Below are positions 19,732-29,839 of a stretch of DNA of 64,000 nucleotides, one piece after another. A program made the translations under genes and the position numbers. The notes below the pieces were generated by a model. It was not told where the DNA came from, made no database searches, and saw nothing but the letters and a program-made list of their open reading frames with translations. This stretch comes from Candidatus Poseidoniaceae archaeon (GTDB taxonomy: Archaea; Thermoplasmatota; Poseidoniia; Poseidoniales; Poseidoniaceae): positions 1-64,000 of the forward strand of contig CBFIJH010000011.1 of assembly GCA_965662895.1 (NCBI GenBank). Reading direction: 5' to 3'. How positions within the stretch are numbered: position 1 is the stretch's first letter; the number at the start of each line of letters is the position of its first letter.

Positions 19732-20031
19732 ATGGAAATTGCAGTCGTAGGATCACCAGAATTTACACTCGGATTCCAGCTCGCTGGTATCTCGAACCTT
19801 TACAATCCAGAAGGTGAAGAAGAACACGTCAAAGTGTTCCGTAGCCTTCTCAATGCAAAGGATGTTGGAATTGTTGTTGTTGACTCCGCAGTTCTCGCAT
19901 CCTTGCCAGACCGGTTGCGTTCGCAATTATCTGGTTCTGTCTCGCCGACGGTTCTTGGAATCGGTACGGATGAAGACAACACGCTCCGAGAAACAATTCG
20001 AAGAGCAATCGGAGTCGACCTATGGAAATGA
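19732..20031 (+). CDS. atpF: A-type ATP synthase subunit F
   Basis: IAVVG....LGFQLAGI, IRRAIGVDL. Confidence 0.95.
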   Translation: MEIAVVGSPEFTLGFQLAGISNLYNPEGEEEHVKVFRSLLNAKDVGIVVVDSAVLASLPDRLRSQLSGSVSPTVLGIGTDEDNTLRETIRRAIGVDLWK

Positions 20032-20055
20032 TGTTCCAAAATGGAGGAAAAGAGC

Positions 20056-21795
20056 ATGAGCAAAGAAGGAGTAATTTACCGAATTTCAGGACCTGTGGTT
20101 ACCGCAACTGGAATGAGCGCAGGAATGTATGACGTTGTCCGAGTGGGCAATGAAGGATTGATGGGAGAAGTCATTGAATTGCACGGTGACAAGGCTGTCA
20201 TTCAAGTCTACGAAGACACATCGGGTATTCGACCTGGTGAACCGGTCATCAACACGGGAGAGACGCTCTCGGTTGCATTGGGGCCAGGTTTGCTGACGCA
20301 AATTTACGATGGTATCCAGCGACCTCTTCCAACATTGGAAGAAGTCATGGGTGTGTTCATTACTCGTGGTGTCGATGCAGATGCGTTTGACCTTGAAAAG
20401 AAGTGGACCTTTGAGCCGGTTCTCGAGAAGGGAACTGAAGTCGAAGGCGGACAGGTCATCGGTCACGTTCAAGAAACTGAAACCATTGTTCACAAGATTA
20501 TGGTGCCTCCAACCATGAACGGTGTGATCAAGGATATCAAGTCCGGAGACTTCAACGTTACAGAATCTGTTTGTACGCTTGAGGATGGCTCAGAAATTCA
20601 AATGATGCAAAAGTGGCCAGTCCGAACACCTCGTCCTTACCGCCAGAAGTACGCACCTGATACACCACTGATCACTGGGATGCGCATTCTTGACTTCCTC
20701 TTCCCACTCGCCAAAGGCGGTGCAGCAGGTATTCCAGGTCCATTCGGTTCAGGAAAGACAGTTACACAACAATCGCTTGCCAAGTATTCTGACGCTCAAA
20801 TCGTTGTTTACATTGGATGCGGTGAGCGTGGAAACGAGATGACAGAAGTATTGGACGAATTCCCTCACCTGATTGACCCGAACACCGGTAAGCCTCTGAT
20901 GAACCGAACGGTCATGATTGCCAACACCTCCAACATGCCTGTAGCAGCTCGAGAAGCATCTGTGTACACTGGAATTACCATCGCTGAGTACTTCCGTGAC
21001 ATGGGCTACGACGTTGCTCTAATGGCAGATTCAACGTCACGATGGGCCGAAGCAATGCGTGAAATTTCTTCTCGTCTCGAAGAGATGCCTGGTGAAGAAG
21101 GATACCCAGCTTATCTTTCATCCCGAATTGCGGAGTTCTACGAACGTGCTGGTCGTGTTGAAACCAAGAACGGTGAAGACGGATCGGTTACCGTTATCGG
21201 GGCTGTTAGCCCGCCAGGTGGTGACATTTCGGAACCTGTTTCTCAAGGTACGCTCCGAATTGTCAAGGTTTTCTGGGGATTGGACGCTGGTCTTGCACGA
21301 CAACGTCACTTCCCTGCCATCAACTGGCTCAGTTCTTACTCTCTGTACCCACAGAGCCTCAATCAGTGGTTCCGTGACAACATTGCACAAGACTTCCCTG
21401 AGATTCGAACCCAAATCAGTGGTTTGTTGCAAATTGAAGCAGAATTGCAGGAGATTGTCCAACTTGTTGGTTCGGATGCACTTCCCGTTGACCAACAACT
21501 CACACTGGAAGTCGCTCGTATGATTCGTGAATTCTTCCTGCAACAAAACGGATTCCACGAAGTTGATGCATACTGTGACATCCACTTGCAATACTCCATG
21601 TCCAAGGCCATTCTCAGTTTCCAGGAAGCTGCCAAGAATGCAATGGCTGCTGGAGCACAACTCAACGATGTTGTCAACGTACCAGCACGAACGACGCTCA
21701 TGCGTGGTCGATTTGAGAAGGGATACATCGATGTAATCGAAGAGATGGTCAAGGCCATGGTCGATGAAATTGCCGATACCGTGGAGGACAACTAG
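20056..21795 (+). CDS. atpA: A-type ATP synthase subunit A (catalytic), no intein
   Basis: [27 protein letters not shown]; start after GGAGG (alternative 20041). Confidence 0.98.
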   Translation: MSKEGVIYRISGPVVTATGMSAGMYDVVRVGNEGLMGEVIELHGDKAVIQVYEDTSGIRPGEPVINTGETLSVALGPGLLTQIYDGIQRPLPTLEEVMGVFITRGVDADAFDLEKKWTFEPVLEKGTEVEGGQVIGHVQETETIVHKIMVPPTMNGVIKDIKSGDFNVTESVCTLEDGSEIQMMQKWPVRTPRPYRQKYAPDTPLITGMRILDFLFPLAKGGAAGIPGPFGSGKTVTQQSLAKYSDAQIVVYIGCGERGNEMTEVLDEFPHLIDPNTGKPLMNRTVMIANTSNMPVAAREASVYTGITIAEYFRDMGYDVALMADSTSRWAEAMREISSRLEEMPGEEGYPAYLSSRIAEFYERAGRVETKNGEDGSVTVIGAVSPPGGDISEPVSQGTLRIVKVFWGLDAGLARQRHFPAINWLSSYSLYPQSLNQWFRDNIAQDFPEIRTQISGLLQIEAELQEIVQLVGSDALPVDQQLTLEVARMIREFFLQQNGFHEVDAYCDIHLQYSMSKAILSFQEAAKNAMAAGAQLNDVVNVPARTTLMRGRFEKGYIDVIEEMVKAMVDEIADTVEDN

Positions 21796-21806
21796 GACGT
21801 GATATC

Positions 21807-23186
21807 ATGACAGGAAAAGAATACCGAACCATTACCGACGTCAAGGGACCACTTGTCTTCTTGAACAAAACAGAACCAGTTGCCTTTGGTGAAATTGTTA
21901 CCATCCGTCTTGCTGATGGATCCATCAAGAATGGACAAGTTCTCGACACCTCCGACGATCTTGTAATCGTCCAAGTTTTCGAAGGAACAGCAAAGATTGA
22001 CCGAACTGCTGGCGTTACCTTCATGGGTGACGTTTTCAAACTCCCTGTAAGCGAAGACCTTGTTGGTCGAATTCTCGATGGTGCAGGTCGACCCCGTGAT
22101 GGTGGACCTGATATCGTTGCTGAAGAAAACGCTGACATCATTGGAGCTGCAATCAACCCTTTTAGTCGACAGAGTCCTCACGATTTCATTCAGACTGGAA
22201 TCTCTGCAATCGACTGCTGTACAACACTTGTACGTGGGCAAAAGTTGCCAATTTTCTCCGCATCGGGTCTTCCGCACAACGACATCGCCCTCCAAATCGC
22301 TCGACAGGCGAAATTGAAGGGCAGCGACGAGCAATTTATCGTTGTTTTCTGTGCAATGGGAATTACTGCTGAAGAATACAACTTCTTCCGTTCCGACTTG
22401 GAGCGAACCGGTGCGCTTGAGAACGCTGTACTTTTCGTGAATCTTGCTGACGACCCTGCAGTTGAGCGAATCATTACGCCTCGTCTTGCTCTGACGGCCG
22501 CTGAATACCTTGCTTTCGAGCATGATTACCACGTTCTGGTTATCTACACGGACATGACCAACTACTGTGATGCACTTCGACAAATCGGTGCTGCTCGTGA
22601 AGAAGTTCCTGGTCGACGTGGATACCCTGGTTACATGTACACGGACCTTGCAATGCTTTACGAGCGTGCTGGAATTGTTAAGGGGAAGAAGGGATCGATT
22701 ACACAATTCCCAATTCTGACAATGCCTGGTGACGATATTACACATCCAATACCTGACCTGTCTGGTTACATTACAGAAGGACAGATTGTTATCTCTCGTG
22801 AGCTTCATCAACAAGGTATCTATCCACCGATCAACGTTTTGCCATCGCTTTCCCGACTGATGGGTTCCTGTATTGGTGCTGAAACAACCCGTGAAGACCA
22901 CAAATCTGTATCGGATCAAATGTATGCCGCATATGCACAAGGTCGTGAACTCCGTGGACTTGTTGCGATTGTCGGTGAAGACGCATTGAACGAACGTGAC
23001 AAGCAACTGCTTGACTTCTCAGGTGTCTTCGAAGACCGCTTCCTCCGTCAGTCTCGTGACGAGGACCGTTCCATCGATGAAACACTTGATTTGTGCTGGG
23101 AATTGATGTCGTCCATTGAAACGAAGTATCTTGTCCGTCTTGACCAAAAGTGGATCGAGAAGTACCATCCTGAGAACAAGGCCTGA
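21807..23186 (+). CDS. atpB: A-type ATP synthase subunit B
   Basis: [33 protein letters not shown]. Confidence 0.98.
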   Translation: MTGKEYRTITDVKGPLVFLNKTEPVAFGEIVTIRLADGSIKNGQVLDTSDDLVIVQVFEGTAKIDRTAGVTFMGDVFKLPVSEDLVGRILDGAGRPRDGGPDIVAEENADIIGAAINPFSRQSPHDFIQTGISAIDCCTTLVRGQKLPIFSASGLPHNDIALQIARQAKLKGSDEQFIVVFCAMGITAEEYNFFRSDLERTGALENAVLFVNLADDPAVERIITPRLALTAAEYLAFEHDYHVLVIYTDMTNYCDALRQIGAAREEVPGRRGYPGYMYTDLAMLYERAGIVKGKKGSITQFPILTMPGDDITHPIPDLSGYITEGQIVISRELHQQGIYPPINVLPSLSRLMGSCIGAETTREDHKSVSDQMYAAYAQGRELRGLVAIVGEDALNERDKQLLDFSGVFEDRFLRQSRDEDRSIDETLDLCWELMSSIETKYLVRLDQKWIEKYHPENKA

Positions 23187-23202
23187 ATCCTGAGGTGAGA
23201 CC

Positions 23203-23820
23203 ATGGCGCTTGACATTAAACCAACCCGTAGTGAGTTGATTAAACTCAAGGGCCGCATCAAGCAAACCAAGAATGGGTACAAACTTCTCAAAATGAAGCG
23301 AGACGGTCTCTTCCATGAGTTCCGGCAACTTTTGGCTGAAATGATTGAAGCAAAGCGTGAAATTACCGAGGCTTTCCGTCTTGCAAAGCAACGAATTGAC
23401 CTCGCAAATGCAATTGAGGGTGGTCTTGCGGTGCGTGCTGCAGCAATTGCGAACAGTGCACATCCTGAAGTCGAAGTTGAACGCCGTAACATCATGGGTG
23501 TCGTTGTACCGAGTGTAAGCGGAACAAATCTCAAGTCGACGTTCGCAGAACGTGGTGTCGGGTTTATCGGATCATCGCCCTACATCGATGAGGCCAGCGA
23601 TAGTTTCAGCGAATTGATTGAAAAAATCGTCAAAGCTTCTGAAATGGAAGCAACGTTGAAGCGACTCCTTGAAGAAATCGAAGCGACAAAACGTCGTGTC
23701 AATGCTCTGGAATTCAAGGTCATACCTGAACTTGAGGAAGCCAAGGTCTTCATTCAACTCAGACTCGAAGAAATGGAACGCGAAGAGACATTCCGGCTTA
23801 AGCGGTTTAAGAACAAGTGA
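23203..23820 (+). CDS. atpD: A-type ATP synthase subunit D
   Basis: KPTRSEL, GYKLLKMKRD, TKRRVNALE. Confidence 0.97.
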   Translation: MALDIKPTRSELIKLKGRIKQTKNGYKLLKMKRDGLFHEFRQLLAEMIEAKREITEAFRLAKQRIDLANAIEGGLAVRAAAIANSAHPEVEVERRNIMGVVVPSVSGTNLKSTFAERGVGFIGSSPYIDEASDSFSELIEKIVKASEMEATLKRLLEEIEATKRRVNALEFKVIPELEEAKVFIQLRLEEMEREETFRLKRFKNK

Positions 23821-23898
23821 GTCCAACTCTCGCTCTGAAAAAAGGGCATGATTGATGTGGGAGGGGTGTGCAGTTCTTGTTAGGGGGGCCAGAGTTTT

Positions 23899-26367
23899 AT
23901 GTCCGAAGTGAATGAAACTCAACTGAAGCAACTCGCTGTCCACAAGGATGCTTGGAATCAAAAAGACCTCCTCGAAGGTATTGTCCAACGTTATCTCACC
24001 ATACGATCGCATGTGGGTGGACTGTGGCCGACATGGGAAGTTGAATCGGACCAACTTGAAGAAAAACTGACTGAACTTAATCGCTATCTTGAAGGACTCG
24101 GGTGGATGGCTCGACTTCGTCGTGGTGACGTGAATCAGTTAACGACACTACCGCTCCCACATCGTCAATTTCCAGGTTCAAGAATTCACTTCTACATGTG
24201 GAGTGCATCCTTGATCACGCTCCTTCTTTCAGCTGTGCGATGGATGGATCATGGTCGGCCGGCTGGAGGCTGGTTTGCTGGTTCAATCTATCTCGATGCC
24301 TTGATTGGATTCACAATCCCTATTCTCGTTTCGTTGTTTTTAGCATCCTACATCCAAACACGGATTTCTGCAAAATTCGGTGTTCGAAGCGGCCACATTC
24401 TTCCTATTCCTGATCCTTCAGTCCTCTTGTGGTTGTTTTCAGGTTTATCGACTTCGTACTTTATCTGGCCATTCGGTATTTTTTTCATTCCAACGTTACC
24501 TCGCATGGACGCACGCCCTTGGCCCGATCGGAAATCACTGGCTTGGACTTCGATGACAGTCCCCGTTGTTTTCCTCGTTTCTGGATTTTTCTTGTGGGTT
24601 CTTGGACTGTTCTTGACACCGGACTCGTACGCTCTTTCTGGAGAACCGTATCGAGCAAACCCTCCGTTTTTGATTGAACTCATCGGGAACGGATTTGACC
24701 TTTCATTCCAATCGACGCTCGATTGGGGGCATCCATTTTTCTTTGCTGCTGGGTTCCTTACCCTTGTTGGCTGGTTGCTGATGTTGCCCATTCCAACGTT
24801 CCCAGGAGGCCGATTGCTCGTAGCACGCATGGGGCTTGATGAAGCCAGAAGTTCAGGAACACAAATCCTGATGTTCATGCTTCTAATAACTGCTGCATTC
24901 TTCATTTTTGATGCATTTAATGGATTTACTATTTGGATTCCAGTTCTCTCAGTCACAATTCCTCTCTTGCTGTTGATGGGCGGTGATTCTCGAATACCTG
25001 TGCTGATCGATGGTGATCGACCGCTTTCTGAAGACAACCACCGCCGAATTGGTATCATCTTATTCATCGCTGTTCTCTTCGCTATCCCTCCACAATTTCC
25101 CGTGGAAGCAGTTGAGCGATGGGATGCTGATGCAACCTACTCCATAGGAGTTCCAGAGTACGCTGAACTTAACGATGTATGGGGCGCTTCGTTGGAAATT
25201 ACTCTGCAGAATCCATCCATGGAAAACCGGTACTACACGGTGACAGGCGAGATTCCTGAATCATTGCTGTGGACAGCAGCCTTTTCATGCGATGCTCAGG
25301 CATGCGATGGCATTCTCAAACCGGGTGAAAGCAAAACGATTGCGTACAACTTGACGCATCCAAACACGAGTCATGAGCCAACATTCATCGATTATGAGAT
25401 CGACGTATCGTTTGACGAAGGGGATCCGTTTGAAGAAATAGGATCGGTTCATCCGAACCTGAATGTTACGGTTGGTTCACAGTGGTATCATGTCCGAATG
25501 AATGACAAGGTTCTGTCTTGTCTCGACGTGAATGTTATGCAATCAAACGAGATGAACATCACGTTACCCGATGTAGGAACAGAATGGCTGCCATACATAT
25601 GGTTTGAAGGCCAAGCAGGGCTTACCCAGTCTCTTTCCTCTGAAGATAAACAGGTATGTTTGGATGGCGTGGACCAGGCATTACCGTACAATGCTCGTAT
25701 GATGCTTCAAAACGTCACCGTTGAAAATTCATCGTTCAGTGTTGGATTTGATTCAACTTGGCCCCACGTCGTCTCAGCATCCGAACGTGGTTGGCTCGTT
25801 GATGAAAACCATACATGGGGTCCACCATTTGATCAAGGCGGGACGTTGTATCAGGAGAATGCCTCCTCATGCACAGGAAACGAATTCTTGAGCACCCCGC
25901 GTCGTTCAGATTCTTCAAATTGGTCATGGGATTTGAGTATATGGCCAAGTCAAGCTCTGCCATCCATCGAATCCGGTGAGCGCCTCAACGTCAAGTTGCA
26001 ACCTGATTCATACGTTCACTGCAATCAAGAAGAGGTTCACGCAACCAGGTTCGTGATTCAGGAAGGACCTGACCTCATTCTCCATCTTGAACAAGAATCA
26101 ATTCGTTTATGGGACGCCCCATTGACAGTTGAATCAAATCAACTTGAACTTGCTCTTTACAACAGCAATGAAGACGACGTGGTTTTGCGCCATTCATCCT
26201 TTGGAGAGAAAGATTGGAATCTCGAGGTTCTACCTGCTGTCTTATCCTCCGGTTGGAACAATTTCACAATCGATGTTCCCTCATCACTCCTGAATACGTA
26301 CCAATTGACGCATCAAGATGGAGCGATTCTCATCACATTTGGTGCCTATTTGGAGGCCGAACTGTGA
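23899..26367 (+). CDS. multi-pass membrane protein related to site-2 (M50) proteases, catalytic motifs degenerate, with large soluble C-terminal domain
   Basis: S2P-like layout (...AKFGVRSGHILPIP..PFG.., HPFFFAAG...LLMLPIPTFPGGRL) but no HExxH or LDG. Confidence 0.55.
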   Translation: MSEVNETQLKQLAVHKDAWNQKDLLEGIVQRYLTIRSHVGGLWPTWEVESDQLEEKLTELNRYLEGLGWMARLRRGDVNQLTTLPLPHRQFPGSRIHFYMWSASLITLLLSAVRWMDHGRPAGGWFAGSIYLDALIGFTIPILVSLFLASYIQTRISAKFGVRSGHILPIPDPSVLLWLFSGLSTSYFIWPFGIFFIPTLPRMDARPWPDRKSLAWTSMTVPVVFLVSGFFLWVLGLFLTPDSYALSGEPYRANPPFLIELIGNGFDLSFQSTLDWGHPFFFAAGFLTLVGWLLMLPIPTFPGGRLLVARMGLDEARSSGTQILMFMLLITAAFFIFDAFNGFTIWIPVLSVTIPLLLLMGGDSRIPVLIDGDRPLSEDNHRRIGIILFIAVLFAIPPQFPVEAVERWDADATYSIGVPEYAELNDVWGASLEITLQNPSMENRYYTVTGEIPESLLWTAAFSCDAQACDGILKPGESKTIAYNLTHPNTSHEPTFIDYEIDVSFDEGDPFEEIGSVHPNLNVTVGSQWYHVRMNDKVLSCLDVNVMQSNEMNITLPDVGTEWLPYIWFEGQAGLTQSLSSEDKQVCLDGVDQALPYNARMMLQNVTVENSSFSVGFDSTWPHVVSASERGWLVDENHTWGPPFDQGGTLYQENASSCTGNEFLSTPRRSDSSNWSWDLSIWPSQALPSIESGERLNVKLQPDSYVHCNQEEVHATRFVIQEGPDLILHLEQESIRLWDAPLTVESNQLELALYNSNEDDVVLRHSSFGEKDWNLEVLPAVLSSGWNNFTIDVPSSLLNTYQLTHQDGAILITFGAYLEAEL

Positions 26368-27290
26368 GAGTTGGCATTGTAGGTGCAGGTTCAATCGGTT
26401 CCCTCTTTGCTGGATGCCTGTCCAAGACGACGTGTGACATTCTCCTCTATGGACGTGGCCTTCATGCAGCCCATCTAACAGCGGATGGCCTTCAAATCGA
26501 GGGTTTGGTTGACCAAAAAACCCCTTCGAATCGGTGGGAAGTTCTTCTTGAGGAACAACCAATACCCGATACAGTACAATCCTCGTGCGATGTTGTCCTT
26601 ATGTGCGGTAAAGCATCTGCATTTGATCACCATCTGAAGGTTGCCAAGCATATTTTGCGAAACGATGGCTATGTGTGCACACTTTCAAACGGTCTTGGCC
26701 ATGAGGAGAAATTGGTGCATGCTTTCGGTGCACATCGAGTACTTGCATCGACCACAACGCACGGAGCGTACAGGCCTCAAGCTGGAGTTGTTCACTGGGC
26801 AGGTTCCGGTCACGTTACAATCGGACCATTCATGCATTCACACACAGAAGCGTCGTTTCGCTCCTTTATGGAGCTCCTTTCAGATGCAGACCTCCGTCCT
26901 CGATGGGAGGAGGATGGTCGCGTCATGCTCTGGAACAAAATGTTGCTGAATATCGCCATTAACCCGCTTGCTGGATTGCTCGGAAAAGAAAACGGTGCAC
27001 TCATGGAACCTGCATTGTTTGAAACCTCTGTCTCGGTTATGCTTGAAGGCGCAAGAATTGCACGAGCTGAAGGCGTGAGCATTGAAGACGATGAATCGCT
27101 GGTCAACCGTTTACGTGACGTTCTTGAACAAACAGGGAACAACTATTGCTCCATGTTGCAGGATATTCGTGCAGGCCGTGAAACTGAAATTCATTCTCTC
27201 AATGCTGAAGTCTGTCGTCGTGGAGAGATACTTGGAATCCCAACACCACTCAACCAAATGCTCGCATCGGTTATTGCTCATCTTCGATGA
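26364..27290 (+). CDS. panE: 2-dehydropantoate 2-reductase
   Basis: GIVGAGSIG, LSNGLG, WNKMLLNIAINPL, SMLQDI..GRETEI; GTG start overlaps the upstream stop. Confidence 0.9.
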   Translation: MRVGIVGAGSIGSLFAGCLSKTTCDILLYGRGLHAAHLTADGLQIEGLVDQKTPSNRWEVLLEEQPIPDTVQSSCDVVLMCGKASAFDHHLKVAKHILRNDGYVCTLSNGLGHEEKLVHAFGAHRVLASTTTHGAYRPQAGVVHWAGSGHVTIGPFMHSHTEASFRSFMELLSDADLRPRWEEDGRVMLWNKMLLNIAINPLAGLLGKENGALMEPALFETSVSVMLEGARIARAEGVSIEDDESLVNRLRDVLEQTGNNYCSMLQDIRAGRETEIHSLNAEVCRRGEILGIPTPLNQMLASVIAHLR

Positions 27291-28881
27291 GATCTTTGTT
27301 GTAATGAAGTCCCCTATTTTCGCTTCGACTGTTCGCATCTTTTGCAACGAGAATTCCTACGAGAATCATGTTTCGTAATTCGACAATTTCTCGTGTAGGT
27401 AGGCTCGATTTCCAAATAACATCGATTTCTTTTTCCAACAGTTGAAGTCTTCGAATGGCTCGTTGCAATCTAGAGAACCGTCTTGAAACTCCGACTTCAA
27501 ATCGCATGGTTTGATTCAAGGCTGCACGATCGTGGGCTATTGGTCCGTGTTCTCGAAGCTTATTCAAACCATCAGAACGCCAGTTCGGAGGTGATGCATC
27601 CTCGGCATTGATTCCAGTTTCGATGATGTGGGATGAACATCGGTGGGCAAAAACTACGGCCTCGAGAAGGCTATTTGAAGCGAGTCTGTTGGCACCATGC
27701 ATACCTGTGCATGCAACCTCTCCAATTGCGAAAAGACCGGGTACTGGCTTTGTTGAATTGTTGAGGATTGCTGAACCCACGTCATCCACTTCGATACCCC
27801 CTACGATGTAATGCGCTGCTGGCGCTACTGGGAGTGGGTCAATTCCAAGTTCGAGGCCGTCCCTACGTAATCGGTTTGAAATCATTGGAAAACGCTCGTT
27901 CAAGTGCTGTGTGTCCAAATGTTCGGTAACGAGGTAAACATGTGCTGCACCTGACTCTGCACATCGCTGATCAATCGATCGAGCGACAACATCTCGAGTT
28001 GCCATCGAACCAAGTTTGGATGCTTCCAGCGTGAATGAAAAGGGAGCAGGGTCATCTTTACCACTCAATTTCCAGTTCTCATAACCATCATGATCGAGGA
28101 GAACCGCTCCTTCGCCGCGCAATGCTTCCGTGATGAGAAAAGGACGCTCTCCATCAACCACAAGAGCGGTTGGGTGGAATTGCACAAATGCCATGTTAAC
28201 CACAGAGGCCCCCGTTCTATAGGCCATCGCTATTCCATCTCCGGTCGAGACGGAAGGGTTGGTGGTTTTTTCCCACAATTGGCCAGCTCCACCAGTGGCG
28301 AGTATGACTGCATCACTCTGGATGGTCATGACTTCATTGGTTTCCTGATCGAGTGCCCAAACGCCACATACGCCTTTTTCTGGTGATTCGTGCACGCGTT
28401 GGATGAGGTCGATGGCTAATGTGTTGGGTCGCATGATAATTCGACGATGATTTCGTGCGGCAGTTGTAAGGGCGCGTTCGATTTCTTTTCCGGTTGCATC
28501 CTTGGCATGAAGGATACGTCTCGAAGTATGGCCTCCCTCTTGCGCAAGTTGGAATGCACCCTCATCATCCCGTTCAAATTCAACACCGATGGAGAGTAAA
28601 TCCTCAATTCGTTCCCCCGCTTCTTCAACCACCATTCGGACAACCTCCTCGTCACATAAGCCATCGCCAGCATTGAGGGTGTCGTTGATGTGACCTTCAA
28701 TCTCATCGAGATTCGTTTTATCCAAAATTGCAGCGATGCCACCTTGCGCCCAGTTGGTCGAGGAATCCTTTGGCCGCTGTTTTGTGATGATTTCAACCTC
28801 AAAACCGTTGTTCGCTAAACGCAAGGCAGCAAACAACCCCGCAATGCCTGTGCCGATGATGAGTGCACGAGGCATGGTCAC
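27271..28881 (-). CDS. nadB: L-aspartate oxidase
   Basis: GTGIAG, WAQGGIAA, EGGHTSRRILH, QFHPT, GMHGANRLASNSLLE, ENRGLHY. Confidence 0.93.
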   Translation of the reverse strand: MTMPRALIIGTGIAGLFAALRLANNGFEVEIITKQRPKDSSTNWAQGGIAAILDKTNLDEIEGHINDTLNAGDGLCDEEVVRMVVEEAGERIEDLLSIGVEFERDDEGAFQLAQEGGHTSRRILHAKDATGKEIERALTTAARNHRRIIMRPNTLAIDLIQRVHESPEKGVCGVWALDQETNEVMTIQSDAVILATGGAGQLWEKTTNPSVSTGDGIAMAYRTGASVVNMAFVQFHPTALVVDGERPFLITEALRGEGAVLLDHDGYENWKLSGKDDPAPFSFTLEASKLGSMATRDVVARSIDQRCAESGAAHVYLVTEHLDTQHLNERFPMISNRLRRDGLELGIDPLPVAPAAHYIVGGIEVDDVGSAILNNSTKPVPGLFAIGEVACTGMHGANRLASNSLLEAVVFAHRCSSHIIETGINAEDASPPNWRSDGLNKLREHGPIAHDRAALNQTMRFEVGVSRRFSRLQRAIRRLQLLEKEIDVIWKSSLPTREIVELRNMILVGILVAKDANSRSENRGLHYNKDLIEDEQ

Positions 28882-28957
28882 TCCAGACGTTATTTGTTCT
28901 TGATGACATCGGTTTGCCCAGCGATAGGGCTATTTGTTGAGGATTCTTGCGAGCATC

Positions 28958-29716
28958 ATGTTGCGAAAAGTCATTGGTCTGCTCGGCCTCGCAACAATTG
29001 CCTTTGTTATCGCAAACGTTCACTTCGGAATCGTTGCGGAAAGCGTCGTTGAAGGTGCAGAATCAAGCCGACTTGATATCCTCCGCCTCGCCGACCCGGG
29101 GTGCACAATTCCTGAAATGGAAAAGGAAATACAAGAAACAGGTACAGCGTTTTGCTTGAGTGAAAAAGGAACGTGGGGTACAGCAGACATCCTCCTTTTG
29201 TTCTGGGGTATCCTCATCGTCACGGCTGGACGGTTCCGGATGCCATCCGATCCTCGTCTTGCAAAACGCATCCGCCGTGTGATGTTTACATCCGGAGCAG
29301 TCCTGTTCGGTTTGGCGATTCTTGATCGCTTCCAGGCATTGCCAACCTCGGCGGATTCGCAAAGCATTTCCGATTTGATGCCGCTGCCGTTGGACCCTTG
29401 GATGGTACAAATTCTCTTCGCAGTCATCGGTGCTTTGCTCATGCGAGGGCCAAAGTATGAACTCTCTGAATTTGAAGAGAATTATCAGCGACTCGAGCAC
29501 GAACGACAAAACGAACATCGCATCCAAGAGGTGTTCAATGAAAAAGCACGTTCGATGTCGGCTTCAAGAGAGGGACTGGCTCGTCGCAGCCGTCTTATCG
29601 ATCGAGATGCTCATCTTGTTCCTTTCCGGACCCGGAATTCCCCTAAAATTCGAGCAACCTGCCCATTTTGCAAAGGAGGCGGATGCAAAGAGTGTCGTAT
29701 GACGGGTGTTGTTTGA
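28958..29716 (+). CDS. hypothetical membrane protein (about 4 TM) with C-terminal Zn-finger
   Basis: Hydrophobic segments; terminal CPFCKGGGCKECRMTG. Confidence 0.7.
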   Translation: MLRKVIGLLGLATIAFVIANVHFGIVAESVVEGAESSRLDILRLADPGCTIPEMEKEIQETGTAFCLSEKGTWGTADILLLFWGILIVTAGRFRMPSDPRLAKRIRRVMFTSGAVLFGLAILDRFQALPTSADSQSISDLMPLPLDPWMVQILFAVIGALLMRGPKYELSEFEENYQRLEHERQNEHRIQEVFNEKARSMSASREGLARRSRLIDRDAHLVPFRTRNSPKIRATCPFCKGGGCKECRMTGVV

Positions 29717-29839
29717 AGAAACGGCAGTTTTTTCAAGCCTTGAAAACGATATGCTCCGACGCATAATCAACCGATTGTTTAAATGTCCTCGATGTCCGGT
29801 GATTGACCTAAGGTCAGTGTCGACCAACAGGGGATTGGG

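Noticed and set aside
20056-21795. Intein in AtpA (also considered for Cdc6 and SMC)
   Set aside because: Protein lengths and motif spacing are canonical and no splicing motifs are present
21792-23006. 404-aa ORF on the minus strand
   Set aside because: It is the antisense shadow of atpB with no recognisable motifs. The same applies to the many other shadow ORFs in the track.
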